This document shows positions 27,795-36,875 of a DNA stretch of 64,000 bases, in pieces. The notes beneath the pieces are model-generated. The model did no database searches. It was not told the DNA's origin and was given only the letters and a program-made list of their open reading frames with translations. Location: contig JAFGFJ010000005.1 in NCBI GenBank assembly GCA_016931155.1, positions 1,547 through 65,546 of the forward strand, in the 5' to 3' direction. Numbering within the stretch: position 1 is the first letter of the stretch; each line of letters opens with the position of its first letter. The position numbers and the translations under genes were made by a program. The DNA comes from Candidatus Dojkabacteria bacterium. Its GTDB lineage: Bacteria; Patescibacteriota; Dojkabacteria; B142; JAFGFJ01.

Positions 27795-29631
27795 TCTGGT
27801 AAGTCTCACCGAGGCGTACAATTTCAGAAATAAGTCATGTAGTGAAAAAGAAGAAAAGGTAAGAATACTCCTTCCTGTTGCCCTTACACTTCACGCATTG
27901 AGTTTTTGTCCCAGTAAAGTCTTTACAGAGCAGGAACATCGAAAAATTAATTCGCTTTTGAATTATATTATCAAAAAGGGTGACGGGAAGCTTTCTTATA
28001 ATTACTATACTGGCAACTCAAAATCGAGTAAAGAAGTCTTTTTCCCAGATGACCTTGATGACACGTCTTTTTGTCTTTCTGCGCTTTTACGATTTGACAA
28101 AGAAATAGATGAACGATTTTTTCTAAAAATAATTAATCTGGAGGTTAAACCAGGGGGACCATATAATACATGGTATGTTTCAAAGAGAGAAAAAGATAAT
28201 CGCTGGCAGGATATAGATCCAATAGTAAATGCTAATCTGCTATATATGATTTCCCTTTATGGTGTGAGGCTGAAATCCAGCGAGAAGTATCTCCTGGGTT
28301 GCTTAAAGAAAGGTATGTTTAATTCTCCTTATTATCCTTATTCAATTATTTTTATATTATTTCTATCAAGGTTTGCAAACAAAAGTAAGAATGACAAATT
28401 TACAGCTGTCCTGGTAAAAGAATTGCTGAAGTACAAATACACAAAACTTGAGCCAATGGAAAAGATTTTTTACTTGTTAGCTTCTGTCTATCTTGGTGTG
28501 TCAATTGAACAAGAAAATATTGATGAGGTTTTATTTTGGCAAAATTCTGATGGCTCTTTTCCGCCTCTACCATTTCGTTTTAATATGCAGCAAAGCACTA
28601 AAAGAAAAGCATTTACAGGAAGTTCAGTTATAACCTCTGCTCTTGTTTTAGAGCTTCTTCTTCTTACAATTGATCAAACAAAGAAGATAATTCCATCTTA
28701 CTCAATGTTTGACAAAAAAGCATCCAGGCTCATTGAAAAAAGCAGAAAGATTATTGCAAAAGAGTTGAGTGTAAATGGCATTAATAGAAAAGAACATGAT
28801 GCTCTTATCAGTCCGGGATCCTATAAAATACTGGATTTTTTTTTCAAGACTGCCTTGTGTCTTAGGGAATCACTAACAAGAAGTCAGCAGATTGAATTGA
28901 TGAAATTGTCGATTGCTGTATTTTTTTTGTGGAGCGGGTATACGGTTATTGACGAATTGATAGATAAACAATTGAGTATTGCGGCGATCCCTCGGGTAAA
29001 TACTTTAATAAGAATTGGATGGAGCTATCTATGTAGGATAGTTGACTTCAGAAAAATAAAAAAAGAAATAAACAAAGCATTTCTTGATTGTGATGACGTA
29101 TATTTATGGGAAATTGAAAGAATGAGATTTAATCCGGAAAAATTAGATTTTGATTTTAAAAAAATACTTACTTACAGATACATAGAAAAAAGAATGCAAC
29201 CATTCCTTATTTCAATAAGTTTTATTCCACAGATTTTAGAACTTTCAAAGAAAAAGGGAGTAGAAGTATACAGATTTTTTAAAGCCAAAATGATTATTGA
29301 TCAGTTTAATGATGATGCTCATGACTGGGAGGATGATTGGAAGGCTGGTAGAATGACTTATGTTCTATACAGATTGTTTAAGCAATCGGGAAGTGCTTCA
29401 AAAAATGGAAAAGATAAAAATATTTTTTATAAATCATTTTGGAGTAGCGTTATTGATGAGGTAATAAAAATTTGTGAGAAAGAATACAAAATAGCCAGAT
29501 CCGCAGTAAGAAGACTAAAACTAAATGAAAGGGAATTTTATTTCAATGAGCTTTTGGAAAAAGCCTATAAGCCTATCAGACAGGCGAGTAAAGAAAAAAA
29601 TAGGGCGGAAAAATTTATTCAGTCTCTATAA
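27739..29631 (+). CDS. Fusion of class II terpene cyclase (beta-type) domain and class I isoprenoid synthase/prenyltransferase-like domain
   Basis: N-half: FPDDLDDTS (DxDD), DPIVNAN, SPYY, QW motif WQNSDGSF; C-half: YTVIDELID and DQFNDDAHDWEDD Asp-rich motifs; ATG 27739 preferred over TTG 27664. Confidence 0.75.
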   Translation: MPEKLRKVKKIKSFLLRNSLVSLTEAYNFRNKSCSEKEEKVRILLPVALTLHALSFCPSKVFTEQEHRKINSLLNYIIKKGDGKLSYNYYTGNSKSSKEVFFPDDLDDTSFCLSALLRFDKEIDERFFLKIINLEVKPGGPYNTWYVSKREKDNRWQDIDPIVNANLLYMISLYGVRLKSSEKYLLGCLKKGMFNSPYYPYSIIFILFLSRFANKSKNDKFTAVLVKELLKYKYTKLEPMEKIFYLLASVYLGVSIEQENIDEVLFWQNSDGSFPPLPFRFNMQQSTKRKAFTGSSVITSALVLELLLLTIDQTKKIIPSYSMFDKKASRLIEKSRKIIAKELSVNGINRKEHDALISPGSYKILDFFFKTALCLRESLTRSQQIELMKLSIAVFFLWSGYTVIDELIDKQLSIAAIPRVNTLIRIGWSYLCRIVDFRKIKKEINKAFLDCDDVYLWEIERMRFNPEKLDFDFKKILTYRYIEKRMQPFLISISFIPQILELSKKKGVEVYRFFKAKMIIDQFNDDAHDWEDDWKAGRMTYVLYRLFKQSGSASKNGKDKNIFYKSFWSSVIDEVIKICEKEYKIARSAVRRLKLNEREFYFNELLEKAYKPIRQASKEKNRAEKFIQSL

Positions 29632-30329
29632 CCAATGTAAGCTAAGTTGAGCCTGAATCCCACACCGTGTACTGTTTCTACTACATGTTCGTCTTTGTAC
29701 TTACCTAGTTTTTTTCTTACCCTGCTAACAAGTGTGTCTATGCTCCCCTCCTCTACTTCCCTTACACCTCTAAATGTTTGGTTGATTAGATCATTTCTTG
29801 TGAGAATATCTCCTTGTGCTGCTACCAGTGACAATAGAAGTTCAAACTCTTTGTAAGATAGTTTAATTTCTTTATTATTTTTGCTCACAAATCTTTTTTT
29901 TGTGTCAATGTAGAGATCTCCAAGTATAATAACTGGATCCATCTTATGTATGGATAAAAGAGACTCTGCCTGAGCACCCAGAAGTTCGAAATCAATTGGT
30001 TTTCTATGGAATAGATTGGCACCTCTTTCATAGCTTTCCTTTTCTTTTGAAGAAGTGATGTCACTGGTAATAATTATTATAGGTGTTTTGAAACCGTTGC
30101 TTCTAATTTTGTTTACTATACTGAACCCACTTATACCAGGCAGGCCAATGTCGACAATAAATAAGGAATATCTATTTGTGAGTGCAAGCTTTAGTCCCTC
30201 ATCCCCTGAAAAGGAAATCCGGAGTTTGTGCCCCAGAGATTCAAGGTGTTTTTTTATAAAAAAAGAGAGATTTTTGTCGTCCTCTATCAGCAGGACAGGG
30301 TTGTGTAAATTGCCTGTTTTTTTTGTCAT
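29619..30329 (-). CDS. OmpR/PhoB-family response regulator
   Basis: LLIEDD, VDIGLPG (phospho-Asp), KP, and winged-helix end V.R.R.KLG...ETVHGVGFR. Confidence 0.93.
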   Translation of the reverse strand: MTKKTGNLHNPVLLIEDDKNLSFFIKKHLESLGHKLRISFSGDEGLKLALTNRYSLFIVDIGLPGISGFSIVNKIRSNGFKTPIIIITSDITSSKEKESYERGANLFHRKPIDFELLGAQAESLLSIHKMDPVIILGDLYIDTKKRFVSKNNKEIKLSYKEFELLLSLVAAQGDILTRNDLINQTFRGVREVEEGSIDTLVSRVRKKLGKYKDEHVVETVHGVGFRLNLAYIGYRD

Positions 30330-30366
30330 GGGTGTTTCTATTTACAGGAATTTATCAATATAGGAT

Positions 30367-30383
30367 TGTCTAAATCTTTACAA
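30367..30383 (-). promoter_or_regulatory. Second copy of candidate regulator box, upstream of the response regulator
   Basis: 30372-30383 aaatctttacaa is the reverse complement of TTGTAAAGATTT; ~43 nt upstream of the regulator ATG. Confidence 0.5.
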
Positions 30384-30392
30384 CTTTTATTG

Positions 30393-30429
30393 AAAAATAA
30401 TGGAGACACTAACCCCCTAAGTGTCTCCA
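30393..30429 (-). terminator. Intrinsic terminator downstream of the ftsEX-M23 operon
   Basis: Perfect 10-bp stem TGGAGACACT/AGTGTCTCCA (30401-30410, 30420-30429) followed on the minus strand by TTATTTTT. Confidence 0.75.
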
Positions 30430-30576
30430 CTACAATTCTACTATTTGTGCCGGAAAAACTCAACAAAAAGTCTTGTCCAATGGCAGATGATACCAACAGC
30501 AAGAGCAATAATAACTCTTAAATTGCTTATACAGTCTCAGAATTATGGATTTATAAGTTTATTGAAACTATTAATA

Positions 30577-31887
30577 TCAGTTGCAGCTTCTTGGAGAAGA
30601 AGAAGGCTCCATTGTGCAGGAAAGGTGATAATAAAGCGTTCTTTTCCCGGTTGAACATCCATTTGTTTGACAGACTTTTGCGTAGATTGCACCACCATTA
30701 TTGCAAACAGGTGCCCAGGAAGGACAAGGCTCGAAACCAAAGTATACATAACCATCGTGTGCTGCTACAACCCATCCTCCTCCGCCAGTTGATATGTCAA
30801 TAGCATAATGAAATCCACCCCATCTTGGACCGTACCCGCTTGTTAGTGTTCCTTTTGGCTGTAGTGGGATTTTAAGTTCTCCATTTCCGCTACAGCTTGG
30901 ATAAGCACCAGCAGGTAAATAATTACATGGGTTAACATAACCTCCATCGTATACCATGAAATGCAGGTGAGCTCCATATGAATATCCAGTATTTCCCTCT
31001 ATGCCAAGAAGTGTTCCTTTGGCAACAGGCAATCCGTTTCCAACTTCACCCCGAGCCAAAATTGCAGCTACCAAGGCATCGTATTTTGCTACAAGTTTTC
31101 CTTCTTCATCAGAAAGGTTCTTTATACTATTTTGTGCACCGGTAATAGAATTATGGGATTTTGACAGTAGATTGTCATAAAATATTTTTTGCTGATTGTA
31201 AGTAGCCATATCAACCTCAAGGGAAATCCTTTCCTCATCCAGAACTGCCCGATCTTTCTCAAGTTGCACCTTGTCTTCTTCCTGAACCTTCTTTTCTTCT
31301 TCCAGGTTCTTTTTCATTATATTGAGATCTTTAAGGGTTTTGTTTATATCTTCCTGGATGGCTTTTCTGTATTGGGCACCTTTTATGAATCCATCAGTAG
31401 AGCTTGCGGTGAATACTATCGCAACATCTTTAGGTAAAACCTTTTGTTCAATATACATATCAGAAAGCCTGTTGTCAGTATCACTTTCGAGGTCTTTTAT
31501 ATATATTTCGGAGTCTATAATGGAAGAATCAGTCTCATCAATTTTATCAGTCAATATTTCAAGCTGAAGAACAAGTTCGTCAATCTTCAGTTTCTTCTCA
31601 CTGATTTGAAGATCCAGCAACCCAACCTCATTCTGAAGTCTGCTTATTTCTGTTGTATATTGTCCCTGAAGATATTTTTGATTGTTAATTTTTCCCTCAA
31701 GCTCTCTTTTCTGGTTCTTAATATCTGCCAGTCTATCTTGAACACTTTTGAGATCATCTTGAAGACCAGCCTTTACAGGAACAGACCCTGCTCCAAAATG
31801 TGAGAAGAATGAAGTATTTGTAAAAGACAAAACCAGTAATAAAACAGCTGTAATACCTATTCTTGCGGTTTTATTAAAAATTTCCAT
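30577..31887 (-). CDS. FtsEX-associated coiled-coil protein with circularly permuted M23 peptidase domain
   Basis: Signal peptide, long coiled coil, then GNTG.S.GAHLHF preceding HYAID and YYHL. Confidence 0.85.
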   Translation of the reverse strand: MEIFNKTARIGITAVLLLVLSFTNTSFFSHFGAGSVPVKAGLQDDLKSVQDRLADIKNQKRELEGKINNQKYLQGQYTTEISRLQNEVGLLDLQISEKKLKIDELVLQLEILTDKIDETDSSIIDSEIYIKDLESDTDNRLSDMYIEQKVLPKDVAIVFTASSTDGFIKGAQYRKAIQEDINKTLKDLNIMKKNLEEEKKVQEEDKVQLEKDRAVLDEERISLEVDMATYNQQKIFYDNLLSKSHNSITGAQNSIKNLSDEEGKLVAKYDALVAAILARGEVGNGLPVAKGTLLGIEGNTGYSYGAHLHFMVYDGGYVNPCNYLPAGAYPSCSGNGELKIPLQPKGTLTSGYGPRWGGFHYAIDISTGGGGWVVAAHDGYVYFGFEPCPSWAPVCNNGGAIYAKVCQTNGCSTGKRTLYYHLSCTMEPSSSPRSCN

Positions 31888-31903
31888 TTCAAAATCAGTG
31901 CAA

Positions 31904-32833
31904 TTATTTAATATAGTTTCTTATAGCAACGAAACTGTTAAAAGCTCCCAGTAGTATACCAGTTATAGTAGAAATTATAAAGAAGAGGAAGATTGAAATC
32001 GGATTTATGCTTATCCAGTCCAGATCTCCGAAAAAATTGGTTAAAAAGGTAATTGTGGGAGATCCAGCCTGAGCCACGAACATGAAAATTCCAAGCAATG
32101 CGAAGATTGCAGTTGATACAAATGCTCCAATTCCGCCATATATTCCGCCCTCCAGTATGAAGGGTAGTCGTATATACCAGAGGCTTCCTCCTACAAGCTG
32201 CATGATTCTTATTTCTTCTGACCGGCTGAACATTCTAAACTCTACAGTAAGCAGGGTAAAGAAGAATATGACTACAAACAAGAGTCCCATTATAATTGTG
32301 CCTGCAAGCCTTATCCAAAAAAATGCATCTTTTATATTGTTTATAATTTCCTGGCTGTACCCAATTTGGCTAATATCATCATTCTTACTTGCTTCAATTT
32401 TTGATTTATCTATAATTCCCTGGGCATCCTCTATTCTTTTGAGTCTAATGGCCAGGCTTGCAGGCAGTACATTTTCCCTGATTGCTTCTGCCGCAAGAGG
32501 ATTTGTTTTTTCATTGTGTTCTTTGAATTCCTGCAGGGCTTGTTCTTCGGATGTATACTCTATAAAATCGATATTCTCCTCTTTCTCCCATCTTGATTTC
32601 AAATCAAGAATTTCTTTTTTCTCTGTTCCAGGATTAAAAAAAATGTAAATATGAGGCTTATTCTCAATGAATTTTAAAAAAAGATTCGCTGTATATCCCA
32701 GGAATAAAAATATTTGTGCAACAATAAAAGCAAGTGTCATAACTGAGATGGATGCCCAGGCCAGCCAGCCACTTCTTTTTATTTGTTTTGTGCTTGTTTT
32801 TAATGCTCTAGAAAATGTTGCTTTTTGAGCCAC
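31904..32833 (-). CDS. ftsX: Cell-division permease FtsX
   Basis: 4-TM layout with a large loop, R..EI.IM.LVG...YIR.PF..EG; directly downstream of ftsE; GTG start. Confidence 0.9.
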   Translation of the reverse strand: MAQKATFSRALKTSTKQIKRSGWLAWASISVMTLAFIVAQIFLFLGYTANLFLKFIENKPHIYIFFNPGTEKKEILDLKSRWEKEENIDFIEYTSEEQALQEFKEHNEKTNPLAAEAIRENVLPASLAIRLKRIEDAQGIIDKSKIEASKNDDISQIGYSQEIINNIKDAFFWIRLAGTIIMGLLFVVIFFFTLLTVEFRMFSRSEEIRIMQLVGGSLWYIRLPFILEGGIYGGIGAFVSTAIFALLGIFMFVAQAGSPTITFLTNFFGDLDWISINPISIFLFFIISTITGILLGAFNSFVAIRNYIK

Positions 32834-32849
32834 AGTTGTGATTTAAAAA

Positions 32850-33773
32850 TTAATTATTATTCTTTTTTTGTTTATTCTTAATCCCGATTTTTACCTTTTT
32901 TCTTTTTGGTTTCTCCCTGCGTGATTTTTGCTCACTCTGTCCCTCATTTTTCCCAATATTTGTTTCAGTCTTCTCCTTTTTTTCAGATTTCTCTTGAGAG
33001 GGGGGTGCTGACACTGGTTTTTCGTCTTTCCTCTGCTGGTCTTTTTCTTTTGTAAGTTGTGTGTTTACAAGAATTTTGGTTTCAAAATCCTCGACAGGAT
33101 CATATGTTCCTTTTATGTCGTCTCTGATCAGTCTTCCTCCTTCCATTCTGATAACTCTTTTCCCTAGAGTATTAACAATCTCTGAGCCATGAGTGGCCAT
33201 TATGATTGTAGTACCCCAGTTGTTGATCTTATTTAGAACCTGAACTATATCCCAAGTGCTTGTTGGGTCAAGATTTCCGGTTGGTTCGTCAGCAATAAGT
33301 ACTTTGGGATTATTTGCCAGGGCTCTGGCGATTGCAACCTTTTGTTTTTCTCCTCCGGAAAGCTCACGTGGAAAAGCATCCATTCTATCTTTAAGACCAA
33401 CTATTTCAAGTACATAAGGAACAGTCTCTTTTATATCATTATCTGATTTTCCTGCTGCCTCCAAAGCAAAGGAAACATTTTCGTAAGCATCTTTGTCTTC
33501 AAGTAGTTTGAAATCTTGAAAAATTACTCCTACCCTTCTGCGAAGCTCATAAACAAGATCTCTGCTTATATCTGCAAGATCCAAATCTTCAAAGAAAATT
33601 CTTCCCTCGTCGGGGATCTCTTCTCTAATAAGGAGCTTGATGGCTGTGGTCTTACCTGATCCTGAAGGCCCAACGAGGAAAACAAACTCTCCATCCTGGA
33701 CTTCAAACGAAACATTATCCAAGGCAGTAATTTCGTCGCTGTATTTTTTTGAAACTGAAAGAAATCTAATCAA
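32850..33773 (-). CDS. ftsE: Cell-division ATP-binding protein FtsE (with Lys/Glu-rich C-terminal tail)
   Basis: GPSGSGKT, LRRRVGVIFQDFKLL, LSGGE, ADEPTGNLDP; TTG start. Confidence 0.92.
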   Translation of the reverse strand: MIRFLSVSKKYSDEITALDNVSFEVQDGEFVFLVGPSGSGKTTAIKLLIREEIPDEGRIFFEDLDLADISRDLVYELRRRVGVIFQDFKLLEDKDAYENVSFALEAAGKSDNDIKETVPYVLEIVGLKDRMDAFPRELSGGEKQKVAIARALANNPKVLIADEPTGNLDPTSTWDIVQVLNKINNWGTTIIMATHGSEIVNTLGKRVIRMEGGRLIRDDIKGTYDPVEDFETKILVNTQLTKEKDQQRKDEKPVSAPPSQEKSEKKEKTETNIGKNEGQSEQKSRREKPKRKKVKIGIKNKQKKNNN

Positions 33774-33939
33774 ATCTTTTTACTATTTTTACTATTGAGT
33801 ATTTTACTACATTTCCGGTGTTTAGTTTAGCTGAGGAGTCTGGAAAAATCAAAGGAAGATATAATTGGTTGTATTAGTAAGATTTTCTGCATATAATATT
33901 CTGGTCTGCCCTTCTTATTAATTTTTTATTCACCTTAAC

Positions 33940-34698
33940 ATGGCTAAAAAAAGAAAAAGGGGCAGTAAAAAGACAAAATTCAAAGGCAGTAATCCCGCCC
34001 ACCTTCAGAAAGAATCTCCGGAAGTTAATAAAAATGAAGAGGTTCATAAAGAGAAAAAGAAAAACATCTTTTCTTCAATTTACAATCTTTCCATAGGCAA
34101 GTTGCGTATTGTTGCATTCTTGCTTGTTATTATTGGCCTTATACTTATTTTTCTTGGTGGAGCAAGTCTTTACAATGCGGTCAAAACTCAAATTGATGAC
34201 AAAACAATGGAAGAGGAAAAGAGTGACGGGGAGATAAATAGTGGGATTCAAACAACAGAAAGTGAAAATATTGCGGAAAAAGCACAAGATGATGACAGGA
34301 ACGAAAATGTTGATAGTAATGAAAATGAAAACAAGGAAGAAAGAATGAAGGAAAACGGCAGTGAAAGTGACGAAAAAAATGAAGAATCTGATTCTGCTGA
34401 CAACAGAATACTGGAAACACAGGAGGTTAGTGAGGGAGCAAAAATGGCACGTCTTGCATCTGCAAGTAAGGCAGCTAGAACAGGAAAGTGGGTTGCTACC
34501 GACTATAAGCCAGGAGATATAAGTTCAGGAAATTACGAAGTTCAGAGTGGTGACACTTTATGGGAAATTTCGGAAGCAGTATATGGAAGCGGGTTTCAAT
34601 GGCATAAAATTCTTGATGTAAACTCGAGTTCTGTCGGGTTTCTTCCAAATGGCAGTCAGGCATTGATTGTACCTGGGCAGGTTCTGATTATACCGTAG
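33940..34698 (+). CDS. Membrane-anchored LysM-domain protein
   Basis: Single TM, acidic linker, C-terminal YEVQSGDTLWEISE..YG....W..I...N....LI.PGQVL.IP. Confidence 0.9.
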   Translation: MAKKRKRGSKKTKFKGSNPAHLQKESPEVNKNEEVHKEKKKNIFSSIYNLSIGKLRIVAFLLVIIGLILIFLGGASLYNAVKTQIDDKTMEEEKSDGEINSGIQTTESENIAEKAQDDDRNENVDSNENENKEERMKENGSESDEKNEESDSADNRILETQEVSEGAKMARLASASKAARTGKWVATDYKPGDISSGNYEVQSGDTLWEISEAVYGSGFQWHKILDVNSSSVGFLPNGSQALIVPGQVLIIP

Positions 34699-34721
34699 AG
34701 TGCATGATTTTGATTATCAAA

Positions 34722-35267
34722 TCAGTCTGAGGGTTTTCTAACATATGTTATATACTCGTAGTCAAAGTTGCTCTCTGAGTCTCTTTTGTGAGGCTCTTTC
34801 GAGATGACATCCCAGTTTTTGTCGCTGAATTCTGGAAAAAACACATCACCCTCAGGTTCATAGTCTACTATTGTCAGATATATTTTATCTGTAATATCAA
34901 TTATCTGCTTGTAAACTGATGCCCCCCCTAAAAAAAATATTTCACCACTTCCCGGAGATTTTTTAGCTTCGTTAATGGCATCATCAATAGAATTTGCAAC
35001 AATACCTCCAGGGACTATGTATTTTTTTTCAAAAGATAAAACAATATTTGTCCTGCCTGAAAGAATTCTATGTTGAATTTTGCCTTTAACCCACTTGCCA
35101 CCACTTCTAAATCTTGAGATAGATTCATGAGTGGCTTGTCCCATAATGATGGGGTGTCCCATGGTAATCTTTTTCGTTCTTATGAGATCTGCCGGGATAT
35201 GCCAGGGTATTTTGTTTTTGTTCCCGATTACCCTGTTTTTGGCCATTGCTGCGATTATGCTTATCAT
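34722..35267 (-). CDS. folA: Dihydrofolate reductase
   Basis: IAAMAKNRVIG..N.IPW.IP.D, IIMG, R.NIVLS, GGA.VY, GD.FFP. Confidence 0.93.
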   Translation of the reverse strand: MISIIAAMAKNRVIGNKNKIPWHIPADLIRTKKITMGHPIIMGQATHESISRFRSGGKWVKGKIQHRILSGRTNIVLSFEKKYIVPGGIVANSIDDAINEAKKSPGSGEIFFLGGASVYKQIIDITDKIYLTIVDYEPEGDVFFPEFSDKNWDVISKEPHKRDSESNFDYEYITYVRKPSD

Positions 35268-36061
35268 AATAATACAAGAGGTGCCTTAATATGTGGGTGA
35301 GGCTCATAATTGATTAGCTCAAAGTCATTGATTCTGAAATCATCTATATTCTTGATTTTCTTGTTTATTTTCATCTCAGGTAATTCTTTCGGTTTTCTCT
35401 TTAACTGTTCGGTTGCTGCTTCAAGATGATTTTTGTATAAATGACCGTCACCAATTGTGACAATTAGTTCCCTGGCTTCCAATCCTGTAACTTGAGCTAC
35501 CATCATAGTGAGAAGTGCGTATTGTGAAATATTGAAAGGAAGACCAAGAAACGCATCAGAGCTTCTCTGATAAAGCTGGCACCTGAGTTTTTCTTTATTA
35601 ACATTGAATTGAAAAAAGGCATGACAAGGTGGAAGGCGCATTTCCTTTTTCTGTGCTGGATTCCAGGCAGATACAAGCATAGCTTTTGAATAAGGGACTG
35701 TCTTTATCTCTTCTATTACATTGGCAAGTTGATCTATGTGGCCTCCCTTAAGGTCAGGCCACTTTCTCCACTGGTGGCCATAAATCGGTCCCAGGTCTCC
35801 CCTGAAATCGGCGAAATCGTCCCAATAATGAATTCCATTTTCCTGTAGATACTTGATGTTGGTGGATCCAGATATAAACCAGAGAAGTTCATGTGTCATA
35901 GTTTTAATTGGCATTTTCTTTGTGGTAACTATGGGAAATCCATTTCTGAAATCAAATCGCATTTGATAACCAAAGATGCTCTTCAAGCCAAAACCGCTTC
36001 TATCGTCTTTACTTCTACCTTTTTGAAGGATATGTCTAAGAAAATCCAAATATTGTCGCAT
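35264..36061 (-). CDS. thyA: Thymidylate synthase
   Basis: ELLWF, LGPIYG.QWR, LPPCH, YQRSSD.FLG.PFN, H.Y.NH. Confidence 0.97.
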   Translation of the reverse strand: MRQYLDFLRHILQKGRSKDDRSGFGLKSIFGYQMRFDFRNGFPIVTTKKMPIKTMTHELLWFISGSTNIKYLQENGIHYWDDFADFRGDLGPIYGHQWRKWPDLKGGHIDQLANVIEEIKTVPYSKAMLVSAWNPAQKKEMRLPPCHAFFQFNVNKEKLRCQLYQRSSDAFLGLPFNISQYALLTMMVAQVTGLEARELIVTIGDGHLYKNHLEAATEQLKRKPKELPEMKINKKIKNIDDFRINDFELINYEPHPHIKAPLVLL

Positions 36062-36134
36062 GAGCCATTATAGTGGTTTTGATATTTTTGTAAAATGAAG
36101 TAATATTAAGATATGTTGTCTATATATTATTTAT

Positions 36135-36875
36135 ATGCCTGATTTAGATCAAGGATTCGAAATTACAAACATAAAACCATTTTTGGTTTCAGCTTTTGGT
36201 GAAAGGAAACAGTTTGCCACATTGAAGTTGCCGGATGGTTCAGTAATAGAGACAGTTATTAAAGATGTGACAAGACACTGCCCTGATGATGTTAAAAATG
36301 GCTGTCGTGGAGTGATTCCACCGAAATGGTATTTATCTGTCTGGGAAAAATATATTGAGGCAGGAGTTAATACTCATGAGTGGATGGGAGTTGCTGACGA
36401 GAATAATATAATTATGCCTAATCTTTATGCTGAAGGTTGGAGGATCTATGGTAGATGTTTCTATGGTTCAATTGATAGGATAATTGGCAAAAGCATTTAC
36501 AAGTCAGTAGAAAAGCACAACTATGCTGTTCCTTTGAGTGAGCAGGATCTACTGGCAACTGCTCTTGGGAATGAAGAGATAGAAGCTGCGGTTAAGGTTC
36601 ATGTTTCCAAAGCTTCGGATGCAGGGATAGTTTTACCTTTTGATGATCCCTATGAGCTGCTGGTACATAATGATGGAAGGTGGTGTATTAGGACTTTAGA
36701 TCTATCCTTCACCGAAATTGGAACGCCAGAAAATGCAATTGTAATAAATACTCGTAGAATTGAAAAAGCTAATACAACAATATTTTCTTCTATTGAAATA
36801 CTTGCCGATTGGTATAATGATTATCCAGAAATATTTGCACAAAGAAGCCCTATAGCCTTATCTCGGCCTCAATAA
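36135..36875 (+). CDS. Hypothetical protein (possible divergent kinase-like fold)
   Basis: 246 aa ORF; weak resemblance only (VIKD; [14 protein letters not shown]...G....LDL). Confidence 0.55.
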   Translation: MPDLDQGFEITNIKPFLVSAFGERKQFATLKLPDGSVIETVIKDVTRHCPDDVKNGCRGVIPPKWYLSVWEKYIEAGVNTHEWMGVADENNIIMPNLYAEGWRIYGRCFYGSIDRIIGKSIYKSVEKHNYAVPLSEQDLLATALGNEEIEAAVKVHVSKASDAGIVLPFDDPYELLVHNDGRWCIRTLDLSFTEIGTPENAIVINTRRIEKANTTIFSSIEILADWYNDYPEIFAQRSPIALSRPQ

